DNA from: Acidimicrobiales bacterium
GTDB taxonomy: Bacteria; Actinomycetota; Acidimicrobiia; Acidimicrobiales; Aldehydirespiratoraceae
DNA: 64,000 nucleotides
Direction of reading: 5' to 3'
Assembly: GCA_049437325.1 (NCBI GenBank)
Contig: JBMTIM010000006.1
Location: 3,453-67,452 of the forward strand
In this document: positions 45,569 to 54,878 of the stretch, in pieces
How the letters are laid out: every line of letters starts with the position of its first letter
Numbering within the stretch: the stretch's first letter is position 1
Made by a program: the position numbers and the translations under genes
Notes under the pieces: generated by a model
Database searches by the model: none
Seen by the model: the letters and a program-made list of their open reading frames with translations, nothing else
What the model was told of the DNA's origin: nothing

Positions 45569-45641
45569 GCCCTCCGGTCAGCCGGGGCTGTGGGGGAAGT
45601 GAAGGGGCCGAGCAGCCTGATGCTCTCAGGCCATCAGACGG

Positions 45642-46343
45642 TCAGAACAGCGCAGCACTCAGTTTTCTGCGCCACTCGGCGGTACGCGGATCATCCGCCC
45701 CGAGGACTTCGAGCAGGTCGACGAACTTCTGTCGGTCGTCGTCATTGACCTTCACCGTCGCAAGAAGGGTCGTCAGGGTCGCGTCGATGTCGGTGACCGG
45801 CTCGCCGCTGGTGCGCGCCACAGCCCGCAGACGCCGGGTCTCGGGCGTCTCGGGAATCTTGTCGAGCAGGGCAAGGCCTTGGTCGACCTGACCTTCATCG
45901 ATCAGCGCTGCGGCGAGCGCGGTGAGGACGTCGGGATTGTCGGGCTCGAGTGCGTACGCAGCGTTGAGCGACTCGACATCACCGATCTCGAGCAGGCGCT
46001 CGACTTCGTTTTGTTCCACGGTCGGCAAGAGCTTCTCGACGAACTCGCGCACCTGCGCTTCACCTTGCGCCCCCATGAAGCCGTCGACGACCTGACCATC
46101 CTTCATGGCGTACACGGCCGGAATCGACTGGACTTGGAAAGCCTGCGCCACGCTCGGATTGGCATCGACGTCGACCTTTGCCAGTTCGACCTGGCCGTTC
46201 GTGTCACCGATCACCCTGTCGAGGATCGGGCCGAGCTGCTTGCACGGACCGCACCATTCAGCCCACAGATCGATCACGACAGGAACATGGTGTGACCGCT
46301 CGATCACGGCGGTCTCGAACGTTGCGTCGGTTACATCAGCCAT
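45642..46343 (-). CDS. thioredoxin-domain plus TPR protein (YbbN-like co-chaperone)
   Basis: VVIDLWAEWCGPCKQLGPIL thioredoxin motif with a helical TPR-like C-terminus. The start is taken at MADVTD. Confidence 0.85.
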   Translation of the reverse strand: MADVTDATFETAVIERSHHVPVVIDLWAEWCGPCKQLGPILDRVIGDTNGQVELAKVDVDANPSVAQAFQVQSIPAVYAMKDGQVVDGFMGAQGEAQVREFVEKLLPTVEQNEVERLLEIGDVESLNAAYALEPDNPDVLTALAAALIDEGQVDQGLALLDKIPETPETRRLRAVARTSGEPVTDIDATLTTLLATVKVNDDDRQKFVDLLEVLGADDPRTAEWRRKLSAALF

Positions 46344-46419
46344 GGTGTCACCCAAGGTATCGGCTGCCGGCCGATACCCGGCGGGCGCACCAACGGGATT
46401 GGGCGTACGCTCCCCCACG

Positions 46420-47298
46420 ATGTCGCGCCCCGTCACGCCCGATGAGTTGTACACCCTGTTGGCGACACCGTCGCTCGTTGATCCGGTCCTGTTGATTCAC
46501 CTCACCGGATGGATCGACGCCAGCGGCTGCGCAGCAGACGCACGAGATGCGATTCTCGATCAGATTGCGCCGACGCCCGTCGCTGGTTTCGAAACCGAGT
46601 GGCTCCTCGATCACCGGGCTCGTCGGCCGTTGATGCACATCGTCGAAGGAGTCACCACGGCACTCGACTGGCCGGAGATCAACCTCGTCAGCGGGCGCGA
46701 CAGCACCGGCAACGACCTGCTGTTCCTCCACGGCGCCGAGCCCGACCACAATTGGCGAGCGTTCTGCGACGCCGTCGTCGAGCTCGCCCGTCGATTCGGC
46801 GTTCGGCGGGTCATCGGCCTCGGCGCCTACCCGGCGTCGTCACCGCACACCCGACCGTCTCGCCTCTCGGCCACGGCATCCACACCGGAACTCGCCAAGC
46901 TCGGGTTTACTCCCGCCACCCTCGACGTGCCGGCCGGCATGCAGGCCGCGGTCGAATTCGCCCTTCATCGAGCGGGAATCCCGGCTGTCGGCCTCTGGGC
47001 CCAAGTGCCCCACTACCTCTCGGGAGCGAGCTACGCACCAGCGACGCAAGCATTGATCGAGGGGCTGGTCGTCGCAGGTGGCCTCGTCTTCGACAGCAGC
47101 GAACTTGCTGCGGAGGCGCTGGCCACTCGCACCCGCCTCGATGGCCTTGTCGCCGACGACGATCAGCACCGCACCATGCTGCGGGTGCTGGAGCGGCAAT
47201 ACGACAACGCTGCCGAAGTCGAAGCGTCGATCAGCGGTGACGATGTCGCAGCCGAGATCGCGGAATTTCTCCGGAACCAGGCCGACGACGACCGCTGA
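46420..47298 (+). CDS. PAC2 family protein
   Basis: VLLIHLTGWIDASG..., FLHGAEPDHNW and IGLGAYPAS are typical of the actinobacterial PAC2 (proteasome assembly chaperone-like) family. The start is taken at MSRPVT. Confidence 0.8.
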   Translation: MSRPVTPDELYTLLATPSLVDPVLLIHLTGWIDASGCAADARDAILDQIAPTPVAGFETEWLLDHRARRPLMHIVEGVTTALDWPEINLVSGRDSTGNDLLFLHGAEPDHNWRAFCDAVVELARRFGVRRVIGLGAYPASSPHTRPSRLSATASTPELAKLGFTPATLDVPAGMQAAVEFALHRAGIPAVGLWAQVPHYLSGASYAPATQALIEGLVVAGGLVFDSSELAAEALATRTRLDGLVADDDQHRTMLRVLERQYDNAAEVEASISGDDVAAEIAEFLRNQADDDR

Positions 47299-48874
47299 CC
47301 GTGCGGTTCAGCTCCCAGAGCATGCCCTGCCGGAACTCGATCACGAGCGTCGCCCCGAGCGGTGGGGTCGCGTCCGGTGCGAGGAGCACATGGGTGGTCC
47401 TCGGTGTTTGCTCGGTCACACTGCGATCGAACCCGACGTCCCACACCAACGCATTGGTGAGGCTTGCGGACACCCCGCCCACATCGACGAACAGTTCGCT
47501 GATGTCGGTGCTCGGATCGAGGCGCTCGTCGACTTCGCCCGAGACCGTGAACTCGTGCAGCTGCCGGAGCGTTTCGAGTCCGCTGTGGACCCCCCACAAC
47601 GACGCACCGACCAGAAGTAGCGCGGCCGCCTCGATCCGCCAACGACACAGTGCCCAGGCCGCCAGCCCGACGGCGATCGCCACCGCTGCTGCGGCTCCGG
47701 GCTCGAAGATGTCGCTGCCGTACGGCGCACCGCCGACCTCCACCCCCAACATCATCACCGGCGACCGAGCCGACGCCCAGGTGTCCCCCGGGCCGTTCCA
47801 CGCGGCAACGATCCCAGCCAGTGACGGCACACCGACGAGCAACAACGCCGCGCCTCTCCGGCTCAGTCGATGCAGTTGGGCGACGCCGACGGCAACGAAC
47901 ATGGGTGCCATCACTTCGACGTATCGCCCGTGGAGCCATTTGTCGGCCCGGGGAACGCCGGTCAGAAACCACGCTGCGACGACGAGAGCACCGAGACCCA
48001 CAGCCAGCACCGACCATCCCTTCGGTCGCGATCGGGCCAAGACCACGATGCCCCAGAGCGCAAGGCCGGTGCCGGCCAGCACGACATAGGTCAGCGCGCC
48101 GAGCCCGAGTTGCAGCATCTGGACCCCCTCCCCGAGACCACGACGAGAGGCCAGGTCGAGCGGGCCATAGATGCCGGGATGGTCGAAGGTGGCGGTTGCG
48201 AGTAAGCGACGGAACCACTCGACGCACCCCAGCCCGACCGCACCGGACGCCACCACTGCCGACATCACAGCCGTCCCCCGCCCCCGCACCGCCCACCCGC
48301 TGACCGCGATGACCACGACCGCCGACACCCCGAGCCGGGGATGCGCAGCGAACAGCAGCACTGCGGCTGCGGTCGCCGCCAGCGCAGACCGTCCTGACGA
48401 CGCCTCGAGGGCGTCGAACAATGCCACCATCACCAGCACGATCAGGAGCGAGAGGAGTCGCTCCGTCCACACGATCGATGCAGTGAGCAGTGCCGCCGGC
48501 AGCAGTGCACCGACAAGCGCAGCGACGAGTACCCGGCGAGGATCGATCTCGGGGAACAGGCGCCGCAGAAACGACGCAAGCGCCGGCACAGTGGCGGCAC
48601 CGGCCAGCGCGTTCACCAGACGTGCGAATGCGATCATCCCGTCGCCTTCGAGCCCCAGAAGCCATCCGGGTGCAAGCAGCAGCGGATACAGCGGGCCGTA
48701 CGGGGACTGTGCAGGCATCGGCGCACCGCCCTCACCGGCGATGGTACGACCCATTGCGAGATACGCGATGTCGTCGATCGTCAGCAGCGGTCCGGGCGGG
48801 GCGAGAGCGACCACAAGACCCGACACGAACACTGCGCTCGTCGCGCCCACCAGCCACCGGGTCCACGCCGACAT
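47231..48874 (-). CDS. polytopic membrane protein, GT-C-type glycosyltransferase-like
   Basis: More than 10 TM segments. The first loop has a DD motif (TIDDIAYLAMG), as in ArnT/PMT-like enzymes. The start is at MSAWTR, because the longer ORF would run into tRNA-Ala. Confidence 0.55.
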   Translation of the reverse strand: MSAWTRWLVGATSAVFVSGLVVALAPPGPLLTIDDIAYLAMGRTIAGEGGAPMPAQSPYGPLYPLLLAPGWLLGLEGDGMIAFARLVNALAGAATVPALASFLRRLFPEIDPRRVLVAALVGALLPAALLTASIVWTERLLSLLIVLVMVALFDALEASSGRSALAATAAAVLLFAAHPRLGVSAVVVIAVSGWAVRGRGTAVMSAVVASGAVGLGCVEWFRRLLATATFDHPGIYGPLDLASRRGLGEGVQMLQLGLGALTYVVLAGTGLALWGIVVLARSRPKGWSVLAVGLGALVVAAWFLTGVPRADKWLHGRYVEVMAPMFVAVGVAQLHRLSRRGAALLLVGVPSLAGIVAAWNGPGDTWASARSPVMMLGVEVGGAPYGSDIFEPGAAAAVAIAVGLAAWALCRWRIEAAALLLVGASLWGVHSGLETLRQLHEFTVSGEVDERLDPSTDISELFVDVGGVSASLTNALVWDVGFDRSVTEQTPRTTHVLLAPDATPPLGATLVIEFRQGMLWELNRTVSGRRRPGSGEIPRSRLRHRHR

Positions 48875-48945
48875 CGGCTCGACGTTAGGCCCGAATCGTA
48901 GGTGGATGCAGGAATCGCCGGTGCTACCATCGTGGGCCTCAACCC

Positions 48946-49018
48946 GGGGCATTAGCTCAGTTGGTAGAGCGCATCCATGGCATGGATGAGGTCAGGAGTT
49001 CAATTCTCCTATGCTCCA
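48946..49018 (+). tRNA. tRNA-Ala (anticodon GGC)
   Basis: GGGGCAT/ATGCTCC acceptor with the G3-U70 identity pair, anticodon stem CATCC/GGATG with loop ATGGCAT, and T arm AGGAGTTCAATTCTCCT. Confidence 0.92.
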
Positions 49019-49079
49019 CGCCGATCGAAACGGGGCCTCGTCGGAGGTCCCGTTTCTCGTTTCGTGGCAGGCTTGTCCG

Positions 49080-49940
49080 ATGGGCTCTCTGCCGATGATC
49101 ACGCCGCTCGCCGGTACGACCTTCGGGTCGACCGTCACGCAGATCGACGTCCGTGCCCTCGATCGAGACTCGTTCGCGAATCTCTACGCCACCTGGCTCG
49201 ACCGGGGTCTGTTGATCTTTCCCGGTCAGTTCCTCGACAACGCCGAACAGGACGAGTTCGCCCAGCGTTTCGGGGTGCTCGAGTTCGGGGCTGCTCCGCT
49301 CAGCAACGTTCGCAGCGACGGATCTGTGCGGCCGACCGACGGCTCCGACGACATGATGCAGGTCCTCATCGGCAACATGGGTTGGCATCAGGACTCGACG
49401 TACATGCCGGTCCAAGCCAAGGGAGCTGTGTTCTCCGCAGAGGTCGTGCCGGACACGGGCGGCGCAACCGGCTTCGCCGACACTGCCGCTGCCTATGCCA
49501 GCCTCGAGCAGGCCATCAAGGACCGAATCGCCGGCCTGCGGGCCCGACATTCGCTGTACCACTCGCAGGCCCAAGTAGGTCATGCGGGAACGTCGGCCCA
49601 ATACAGCGGCTACGGGTTCCACGACGGGCCAGTCTCGATTCGGCCGATCGTGAAACGTCATCCCGAGACAGGGAGCCGATCATTGACGATCGGCCGGCAT
49701 GCCTATGACATCGACGGTCTGGAAGCAGCCGAATCTGACGAACTGCTGGCGAGTCTCGTCGAGTTTGCGACCGAACCGAGGTACACCTACCACCACCAGT
49801 GGACTGCGGGTGACGTCGTCGTGTGGGACAACCGTCGACTCCTCCATCGGGCAACGCCCTGGCCCTTTGATCAACCTCGGGTGATGTGGCACACCAGGAT
49901 CGCCGGCGACCCCGTCACCGAGTCGGCAGACTCGGACTGA
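49080..49940 (+). CDS. TauD/TfdA family Fe(II)/2-oxoglutarate dioxygenase (second paralogue)
   Basis: GWHQDSTYMPVQAKGAVFSAEVVPDTGGATGFAD (HxD) and WDNRRLLHRA. The start is at MGSLPM, downstream of the tRNA. Confidence 0.85.
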   Translation: MGSLPMITPLAGTTFGSTVTQIDVRALDRDSFANLYATWLDRGLLIFPGQFLDNAEQDEFAQRFGVLEFGAAPLSNVRSDGSVRPTDGSDDMMQVLIGNMGWHQDSTYMPVQAKGAVFSAEVVPDTGGATGFADTAAAYASLEQAIKDRIAGLRARHSLYHSQAQVGHAGTSAQYSGYGFHDGPVSIRPIVKRHPETGSRSLTIGRHAYDIDGLEAAESDELLASLVEFATEPRYTYHHQWTAGDVVVWDNRRLLHRATPWPFDQPRVMWHTRIAGDPVTESADSD

Positions 49941-49990
49941 GCCGACCGAACCGAGCCGGCTCGCGACCCTCTCCGCTCCCCCCGGTGGTC

Positions 49991-50386
49991 CTATGCGGTT
50001 TCGGGTTGCGGCGTGAGGGGGCGCCACGGAACACGCGGCCGGTCGCCCCAGAGGCGCTCGAGTTGATAGAAGTCACGCTGCTCTTGCCGGAATACGTGCA
50101 CCACGAAGGGGCCGTAATCCATCAAAACCCACTCGCAAGACTCGGCGCCCTCGACTCGGATCGGTGACGGGCCACCGACCCGCCTGATCTCGAGCTCTAC
50201 TGCCTCGACGATGGCGGCAACCTGCCGAGCGTTCGATCCGCTCACCACGACGAAGTAGTCCGAGACCGAGAAGACATCGCCAACATCGATGATCACGGGG
50301 TCCGTCGCCTTCTTGCCATCAGCGACGGCCGCAGCATGCCGAACGAGATCGAGCAGGTCGTCAGGGTTCGTCACGGAGCCTTCCAA
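49991..50386 (-). CDS. rsfS: ribosome silencing factor
   Basis: DPVIIDVGDVFSVSDYFVVVSGSNARQVAAI and WVLMDYGPFVVHVF match RsfS. It lies downstream of nadD, as is usual. Confidence 0.9.
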   Translation of the reverse strand: MEGSVTNPDDLLDLVRHAAAVADGKKATDPVIIDVGDVFSVSDYFVVVSGSNARQVAAIVEAVELEIRRVGGPSPIRVEGAESCEWVLMDYGPFVVHVFRQEQRDFYQLERLWGDRPRVPWRPLTPQPETA

Positions 50387-51591
50387 TCGGTGCCGATCAC
50401 CACGGTGAGGTCCACAGGCTGATCCGGTTCGTCAGAGAACACAACCTGCGCTCCCAGTTCTGCCGCAAGGATCGCAGCGGCTTCCTCGGCATCGGCTCGG
50501 TGGTACGTGACGACCGAGGTGGCAACGCCGAACGTCGTCGCATTTCCGAGCACCCGAACCTCGCCGACATCGGCCACTGTCTCCAGAGCAGCGTCGCGAA
50601 CGGCACGATCGCCGGTCCCGTCGAGCAGTCGCAGCGTCGGTATGGGTGACCCAATCGGTGCAATTCGCAGCGGCACCATGCGATCAGTCAGATCGGCGAG
50701 CCATGCTCGGCCCCGCTCGTCGAGCGAGTAGACAGCCTCCTCGGCATCGCCAATCCCGGGGGCGACCGGCAGAATCTGCAGATCGGCTCGACCGCCGGCG
50801 AATCCCCGCAGGAATGGCGACAATCCGAAGTCGTGGGGCAGCGTCACCAACAGCGGGTCGTCTGCAGCAGCAATCACTGCGAGCCAACTGGTCCACAGAT
50901 CGAGCTGACGTTCGGTGCGATTCGCCTCGAACTCGGAGGGATTGCGCCAGCGGTAGAGTTCCGCTCCGGTGTCGCCACTCAGCTGCTGCCCGCCGGCTCG
51001 GAGGAACACCGTTTCGCGACCATCGCCATCGGCCTCGACCAGCGGATCGAGCAGGTTGATCGGAAGTGGTTCGCCGAGCGACAGGAGTTGCGCGAGTTCC
51101 GGGGTTTCGATGACATCGGTCTCGACGAAGCCGAAGCCGAACATCGTCCCGACATCGCGCTCGATTGCATCCATTCCTCCGGTTCGCCACCGTTGGGCGA
51201 AGGTTGGCCCGTCGATCCCGTCCGACGACACGTCGGCGCCCACCAACACGGCATGCCCACCGTTGTCGAGCAGGGTCGCCGCCAGCACCGTCAACCCCAC
51301 GAGCTCGCCGTCATCGAGATGAACGATGAGCATGGTGGGCGTGGGATCGACGAACACCTCGTAGCCCGGCTGGGTCGGATCGGTCACGATCTGGACAACC
51401 GTGCCGTCGGTGCTGTCGAGCACAGCTTTGGTGCCAGCTCGCCACAGCAGAAACACGCAAAGGCCGAGCGCAAGAATCACAACGGGAAAGACGAAACGGA
51501 AGAAGTGATTCGCCTTCGGTGCTGGCCGCCGACCACGCGGGGGTCCTGGCTCCTCGTATTCGTCGAGGGTGATGTGGTCGACGTTCGTCAC
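50371..51591 (-). CDS. membrane-anchored protein with LytR_C-like C-terminal domain
   Basis: One N-terminal TM. The C-terminal VRVLGNATTFGVATSVVTYHRADAEEAAAILAAELGA...TVVIGTDW resembles the LytR C-terminal domain. It lies between nadD and rsfS with overlapping junctions. Confidence 0.6.
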   Translation of the reverse strand: MTNVDHITLDEYEEPGPPRGRRPAPKANHFFRFVFPVVILALGLCVFLLWRAGTKAVLDSTDGTVVQIVTDPTQPGYEVFVDPTPTMLIVHLDDGELVGLTVLAATLLDNGGHAVLVGADVSSDGIDGPTFAQRWRTGGMDAIERDVGTMFGFGFVETDVIETPELAQLLSLGEPLPINLLDPLVEADGDGRETVFLRAGGQQLSGDTGAELYRWRNPSEFEANRTERQLDLWTSWLAVIAAADDPLLVTLPHDFGLSPFLRGFAGGRADLQILPVAPGIGDAEEAVYSLDERGRAWLADLTDRMVPLRIAPIGSPIPTLRLLDGTGDRAVRDAALETVADVGEVRVLGNATTFGVATSVVTYHRADAEEAAAILAAELGAQVVFSDEPDQPVDLTVVIGTDWKAP

Positions 51592-52289
51592 GAATCCACC
51601 GCACCGTAGAGATCCCGAGCCTCGATCAGGTCTGCGACTGCGCTCGGCACGAGTCCACGAATCGGTTCACCTGCGGCAGCTCGCCGTCGAAGGTCACTCG
51701 ACGACACGTCGATCGACGGTACCTCGACGACCAGATGTGGCCAGCCCGCAGGAGGACGACCACCCTCCCTACCACCTCGATCGACCACGACGATCACCGC
51801 TCGGTCCCGTACGTCTCCGGGTCGGCTCCATGTGTCCAGGCCCTCGGCAGCGTCGGAGCCGACGATCAGGAAGAGCTCGTCGCCAGGGTTCGCTGCTGCG
51901 AGATGGGCAAGCGTGTCGGCCATGTAGGAAGGGCCGCTTCGCTGGACCTCGAGATCGGACACTTCGACGCCGGACAATCCCGCAGCGGCAAGTTCGGTCA
52001 TGGCGAGGCGGTCGACGGCAGGGGTGACCGCGCTGTGGGAGCTCTTCTGCCACGGGTCACCGGCGACCATCAGCAGGACTCGGTCGAGCGCCAGCACATG
52101 CCTGACCTCCAAGGCAATAGCAAGGTGGCCGACATGGGGAGGATCGAACGTCCCGCCCAGGACACCGACCCGCTCGCCCGACCCATCAGCCACGGCGGTG
52201 AGTGTAGGCCTCCACGACTGCTCTTCGGAGGCGACCCAAAGGCGTACCGCTTGGCTGTCGGCTTCGGACCCCGACGTGACATAAGTCAC
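51588..52289 (-). CDS. nadD: nicotinate-nucleotide adenylyltransferase
   Basis: VGVLGGTFDPPHVGHL and SSSDLRRR motifs. The N-terminal about 35 residues of the ORF may not be translated. Confidence 0.88.
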   Translation of the reverse strand: MTYVTSGSEADSQAVRLWVASEEQSWRPTLTAVADGSGERVGVLGGTFDPPHVGHLAIALEVRHVLALDRVLLMVAGDPWQKSSHSAVTPAVDRLAMTELAAAGLSGVEVSDLEVQRSGPSYMADTLAHLAAANPGDELFLIVGSDAAEGLDTWSRPGDVRDRAVIVVVDRGGREGGRPPAGWPHLVVEVPSIDVSSSDLRRRAAAGEPIRGLVPSAVADLIEARDLYGAVDS

Positions 52290-52438
52290 GCAGTTGGTTC
52301 TTTACGCTTGCGTCACGATGTGCGCACAATACGTCGGTTGGACCGCAGAACAGCGCGCAGCGGGTGCGCCCACGGTACCGACTTCCCCCCCCCGAGAAAA
52401 TGGGCTCGCTTTGGTGTGTGCCCTTGGTTAGGAATGCC

Positions 52439-53443
52439 ATGAGTGACTCTGTTGGACAGTATTTGAACGAGATCGGTGCTGTGGCGCTGCTGAACGCCCA
52501 AGAAGAGCGTGAGCTCTCCCAGATCATCGAAAAAGGGTTCGAGGCCACCGCCCGCAAGGAAGCTGGCGAGAAGGGCCGCGACATCGACAAAGCCATTCGT
52601 GAGGCCGCCGCTGCGAAGGACCGGTTCATCCGGGCGAACCTTCGCCTCGTGGTAAGCGTTGCCCGTCGCTACCCACTGCCTCCGGGCATGGAACTGCTCG
52701 ACCTGATTCAGGAAGGCAACCTCGGCCTCGAGCACGCCGTCGACAAGTTCGACTGGCGCAAGGGGTTCAAGTTCTCGACCTACGCGACCTTCTGGATTCG
52801 CCAGGCCATCGGCCGTGCCCTCGATCAGAAGGCGTCGCTGGTTCGACTGCCCGGCGACCGCTCGGCCAGCCTTCGCGCTGCCCTGCGAGCCGTGTCCGGC
52901 GACGGCGACGAACTCGACGACGAACACGCTCGTCTGCACCGATTGACAACCCCGACCAGTCTCGATCGCACCATCGGCGACGATGATTCCAACGAACTGG
53001 TCGACCTTCTTCCCGACTCGAACCCTGGCCCTGAAGTCGAAGTCATGGCAAACGCCGAGATGGAAATGGTCACCGGCCTCCTCGACATTCTCGACCACCG
53101 CGCCAAGTACGCAGTCGAGCAACGATTTGGTCTCGGTGATGGCCGCAAGCGTTCGTACCGTGAGGTGGGCGAAGACCTCGGTGTCACGGCCGAAGCTGCC
53201 CGCCGCCTGGTCAAGCGAGCCATTCACTCGGTGCGCGAGCACGCATCTGCAATGGCCGACTCGGTCGACGCTGTCGCCTTAATTCTACAGCACGCTGAAC
53301 CGACGCCCTCGCCGTTGGCTAGGGCTTCGGCCGTTTTGTGCAGCTCGACGATGGCTCGAAGGCCCCAGAATCCGAACCGAGCACCCGGTATCCCGAAATC
53401 CGGTTGGCGAAGCTATCCACAGGCACCAGACTTGTTCCCATGA
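52439..53443 (+). CDS. RNA polymerase sigma-70 family factor (RpoD-related, no region 1.1)
   Basis: Region 1.2 is YLNEIGAVALLNAQEE. Region 2 is RLVVSVARRY...LIQEGNLGLEHAVDKFDWRKGFKFSTYATFWIRQAI. Region 4 is YREVGEDLGVTAEAARRL. The stop overlaps the start of the next gene (ATGA). Confidence 0.88.
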   Translation: MSDSVGQYLNEIGAVALLNAQEERELSQIIEKGFEATARKEAGEKGRDIDKAIREAAAAKDRFIRANLRLVVSVARRYPLPPGMELLDLIQEGNLGLEHAVDKFDWRKGFKFSTYATFWIRQAIGRALDQKASLVRLPGDRSASLRAALRAVSGDGDELDDEHARLHRLTTPTSLDRTIGDDDSNELVDLLPDSNPGPEVEVMANAEMEMVTGLLDILDHRAKYAVEQRFGLGDGRKRSYREVGEDLGVTAEAARRLVKRAIHSVREHASAMADSVDAVALILQHAEPTPSPLARASAVLCSSTMARRPQNPNRAPGIPKSGWRSYPQAPDLFP

Positions 53444-54786
53444 CAACGACCTGGACCCCCAGCACATGGCGTGACCGAGAAGCACGACATCAGCCTGAGT
53501 GGCCAGATGTCGGGGAACTCGATCAGGCCGAGAAGATCCTCGGCCAGATGCCGCCGCTGGTGTTCGCCGGCGAAGCCCGCGACCTCACCTCGCAGCTCGC
53601 CAAGGTCGCAGCCGGCGAAGCGTTCCTGCTGCAGGCCGGTGACTGTGCCGAGTCGTTCGACAGTTCCGCCGATTCCATCCGTGACAAGCTTCGCGTGATC
53701 CTGCAGATGGCTGTCGTCTTGACCTACTCGGGGGGTCTCCCGGTGGTGAAGGTCGGCCGTATCGCTGGCCAGTTCGCCAAACCACGCTCATCGGCGACCG
53801 AGACGCAGGGCGACACCGAGCTCCCGTCCTTCCTCGGCCAGATCGTGAACGACGTCGGGTTCACCGAGTCGGAGCGACGACCGGATGCGCAGCGCCTGCT
53901 CACTGCGTACAACCGGGCCGCCTCGACACTCAACCTCCTCCGAGCGTTCACGCGGGGTGGCTACGCCGACCTGAGCCAGATCAACACCTGGAATCGCGAG
54001 TTCGTCGCCTCCTCTCCTGCAGGTGAGCGGTACGCACAGATGGCCGACGAGATCGACCGAGCACTGCGCTTCATGCAGGCGTGCGGCATCGATGGAGAGA
54101 GCGTGCCTGCGATCCACGAGGTCGACTTCTTCACCAGCCACGAAGCTCTGCTGCTCAACTACGAACAAGCCCTCACTCGCCAGGACTCGCTCACCGGCGA
54201 CTGGTACGACTGCTCCGCCCACATGCTCTGGATCGGCGAGCGCACGAGACAGGTCGGTGGCGCTCACGTCGAGTTCCTGCGGGGCGTCAAGAATCCACTC
54301 GGATGCAAGGTCGGCCCGACAGCCACGCCAGACGACATCATCGGTATCTGTGAGACACTCAATCCCGATCGTGTCCCCGGCCGCCTCACCCTGATCACCC
54401 GCCAAGGGTCCGAGAACGTTCGCACGAATCTGCCTCCCTTGCTCGCAGCGGTGCGCGACTCGGGTCACCCTGTCGTATGGGCCTGCGACCCGATGCACGG
54501 CAACACCTACACCGCACCGAACGGTCGCAAGACCCGCCATTTCGACAGCGTGCTCGCAGAGATCTCGGGGTTCTTCGCAGCGCATCACCAAGAAGGCACC
54601 TGGCCAGGTGGAATCCACGTCGAACTGACCGGCGACAGCGTCACCGAATGTGTGGGGGGCAGCGACGGCATCGACGAGGAAGCACTCGATCAGGCGTACG
54701 AGACGATGTGCGACCCGCGACTCAACGGCCGCCAGAGTGTCGATCTTGCGTTCATGGTCGCCGACATGCTTCGCGGTCAGATCTGA
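53440..54786 (+). CDS. class II 3-deoxy-7-phosphoheptulonate (DAHP) synthase
   Basis: WTPSTWRDREARHQPEWPD, FLLQAGDCAESF, GRIAGQFAKPRS and DPMHGNT are class II (plant/Mycobacterium type) hallmarks. Confidence 0.93.
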   Translation: MTTTWTPSTWRDREARHQPEWPDVGELDQAEKILGQMPPLVFAGEARDLTSQLAKVAAGEAFLLQAGDCAESFDSSADSIRDKLRVILQMAVVLTYSGGLPVVKVGRIAGQFAKPRSSATETQGDTELPSFLGQIVNDVGFTESERRPDAQRLLTAYNRAASTLNLLRAFTRGGYADLSQINTWNREFVASSPAGERYAQMADEIDRALRFMQACGIDGESVPAIHEVDFFTSHEALLLNYEQALTRQDSLTGDWYDCSAHMLWIGERTRQVGGAHVEFLRGVKNPLGCKVGPTATPDDIIGICETLNPDRVPGRLTLITRQGSENVRTNLPPLLAAVRDSGHPVVWACDPMHGNTYTAPNGRKTRHFDSVLAEISGFFAAHHQEGTWPGGIHVELTGDSVTECVGGSDGIDEEALDQAYETMCDPRLNGRQSVDLAFMVADMLRGQI

Positions 54787-54878
54787 TCGATGAAAATCCC
54801 GACGCCGGTGCATCCAGCGTCTGGACTCCTTTCGTTGGGGGGGAAACACACCCCTTTATTCCCCGGAAGGAACTCCCG

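Noticed and set aside
52300-52345. A sigma-A type promoter (TTTACG / TTGCGT ... CACAAT) upstream of the sigma factor gene.
   Set aside because: Several alternative hexamer pairings fit equally poorly. It cannot be supported without transcription start data.
53338-53439. The upstream 34-codon extension of the DAHP synthase ORF (MQLDDGSKAPE...).
   Set aside because: Class II DAHP synthases begin near the WTPSxWR motif. The ATG at 53440 forms an ATGA junction with the preceding ORF, and the extension has no G/C third-position bias.
54837-54860. G7 run followed by CCCC-TTTATT after the DAHP synthase gene as an intrinsic terminator.
   Set aside because: Only about 4 bp can pair, and the T-rich tail is short. 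It may simply be part of the fasciclin gene leader.
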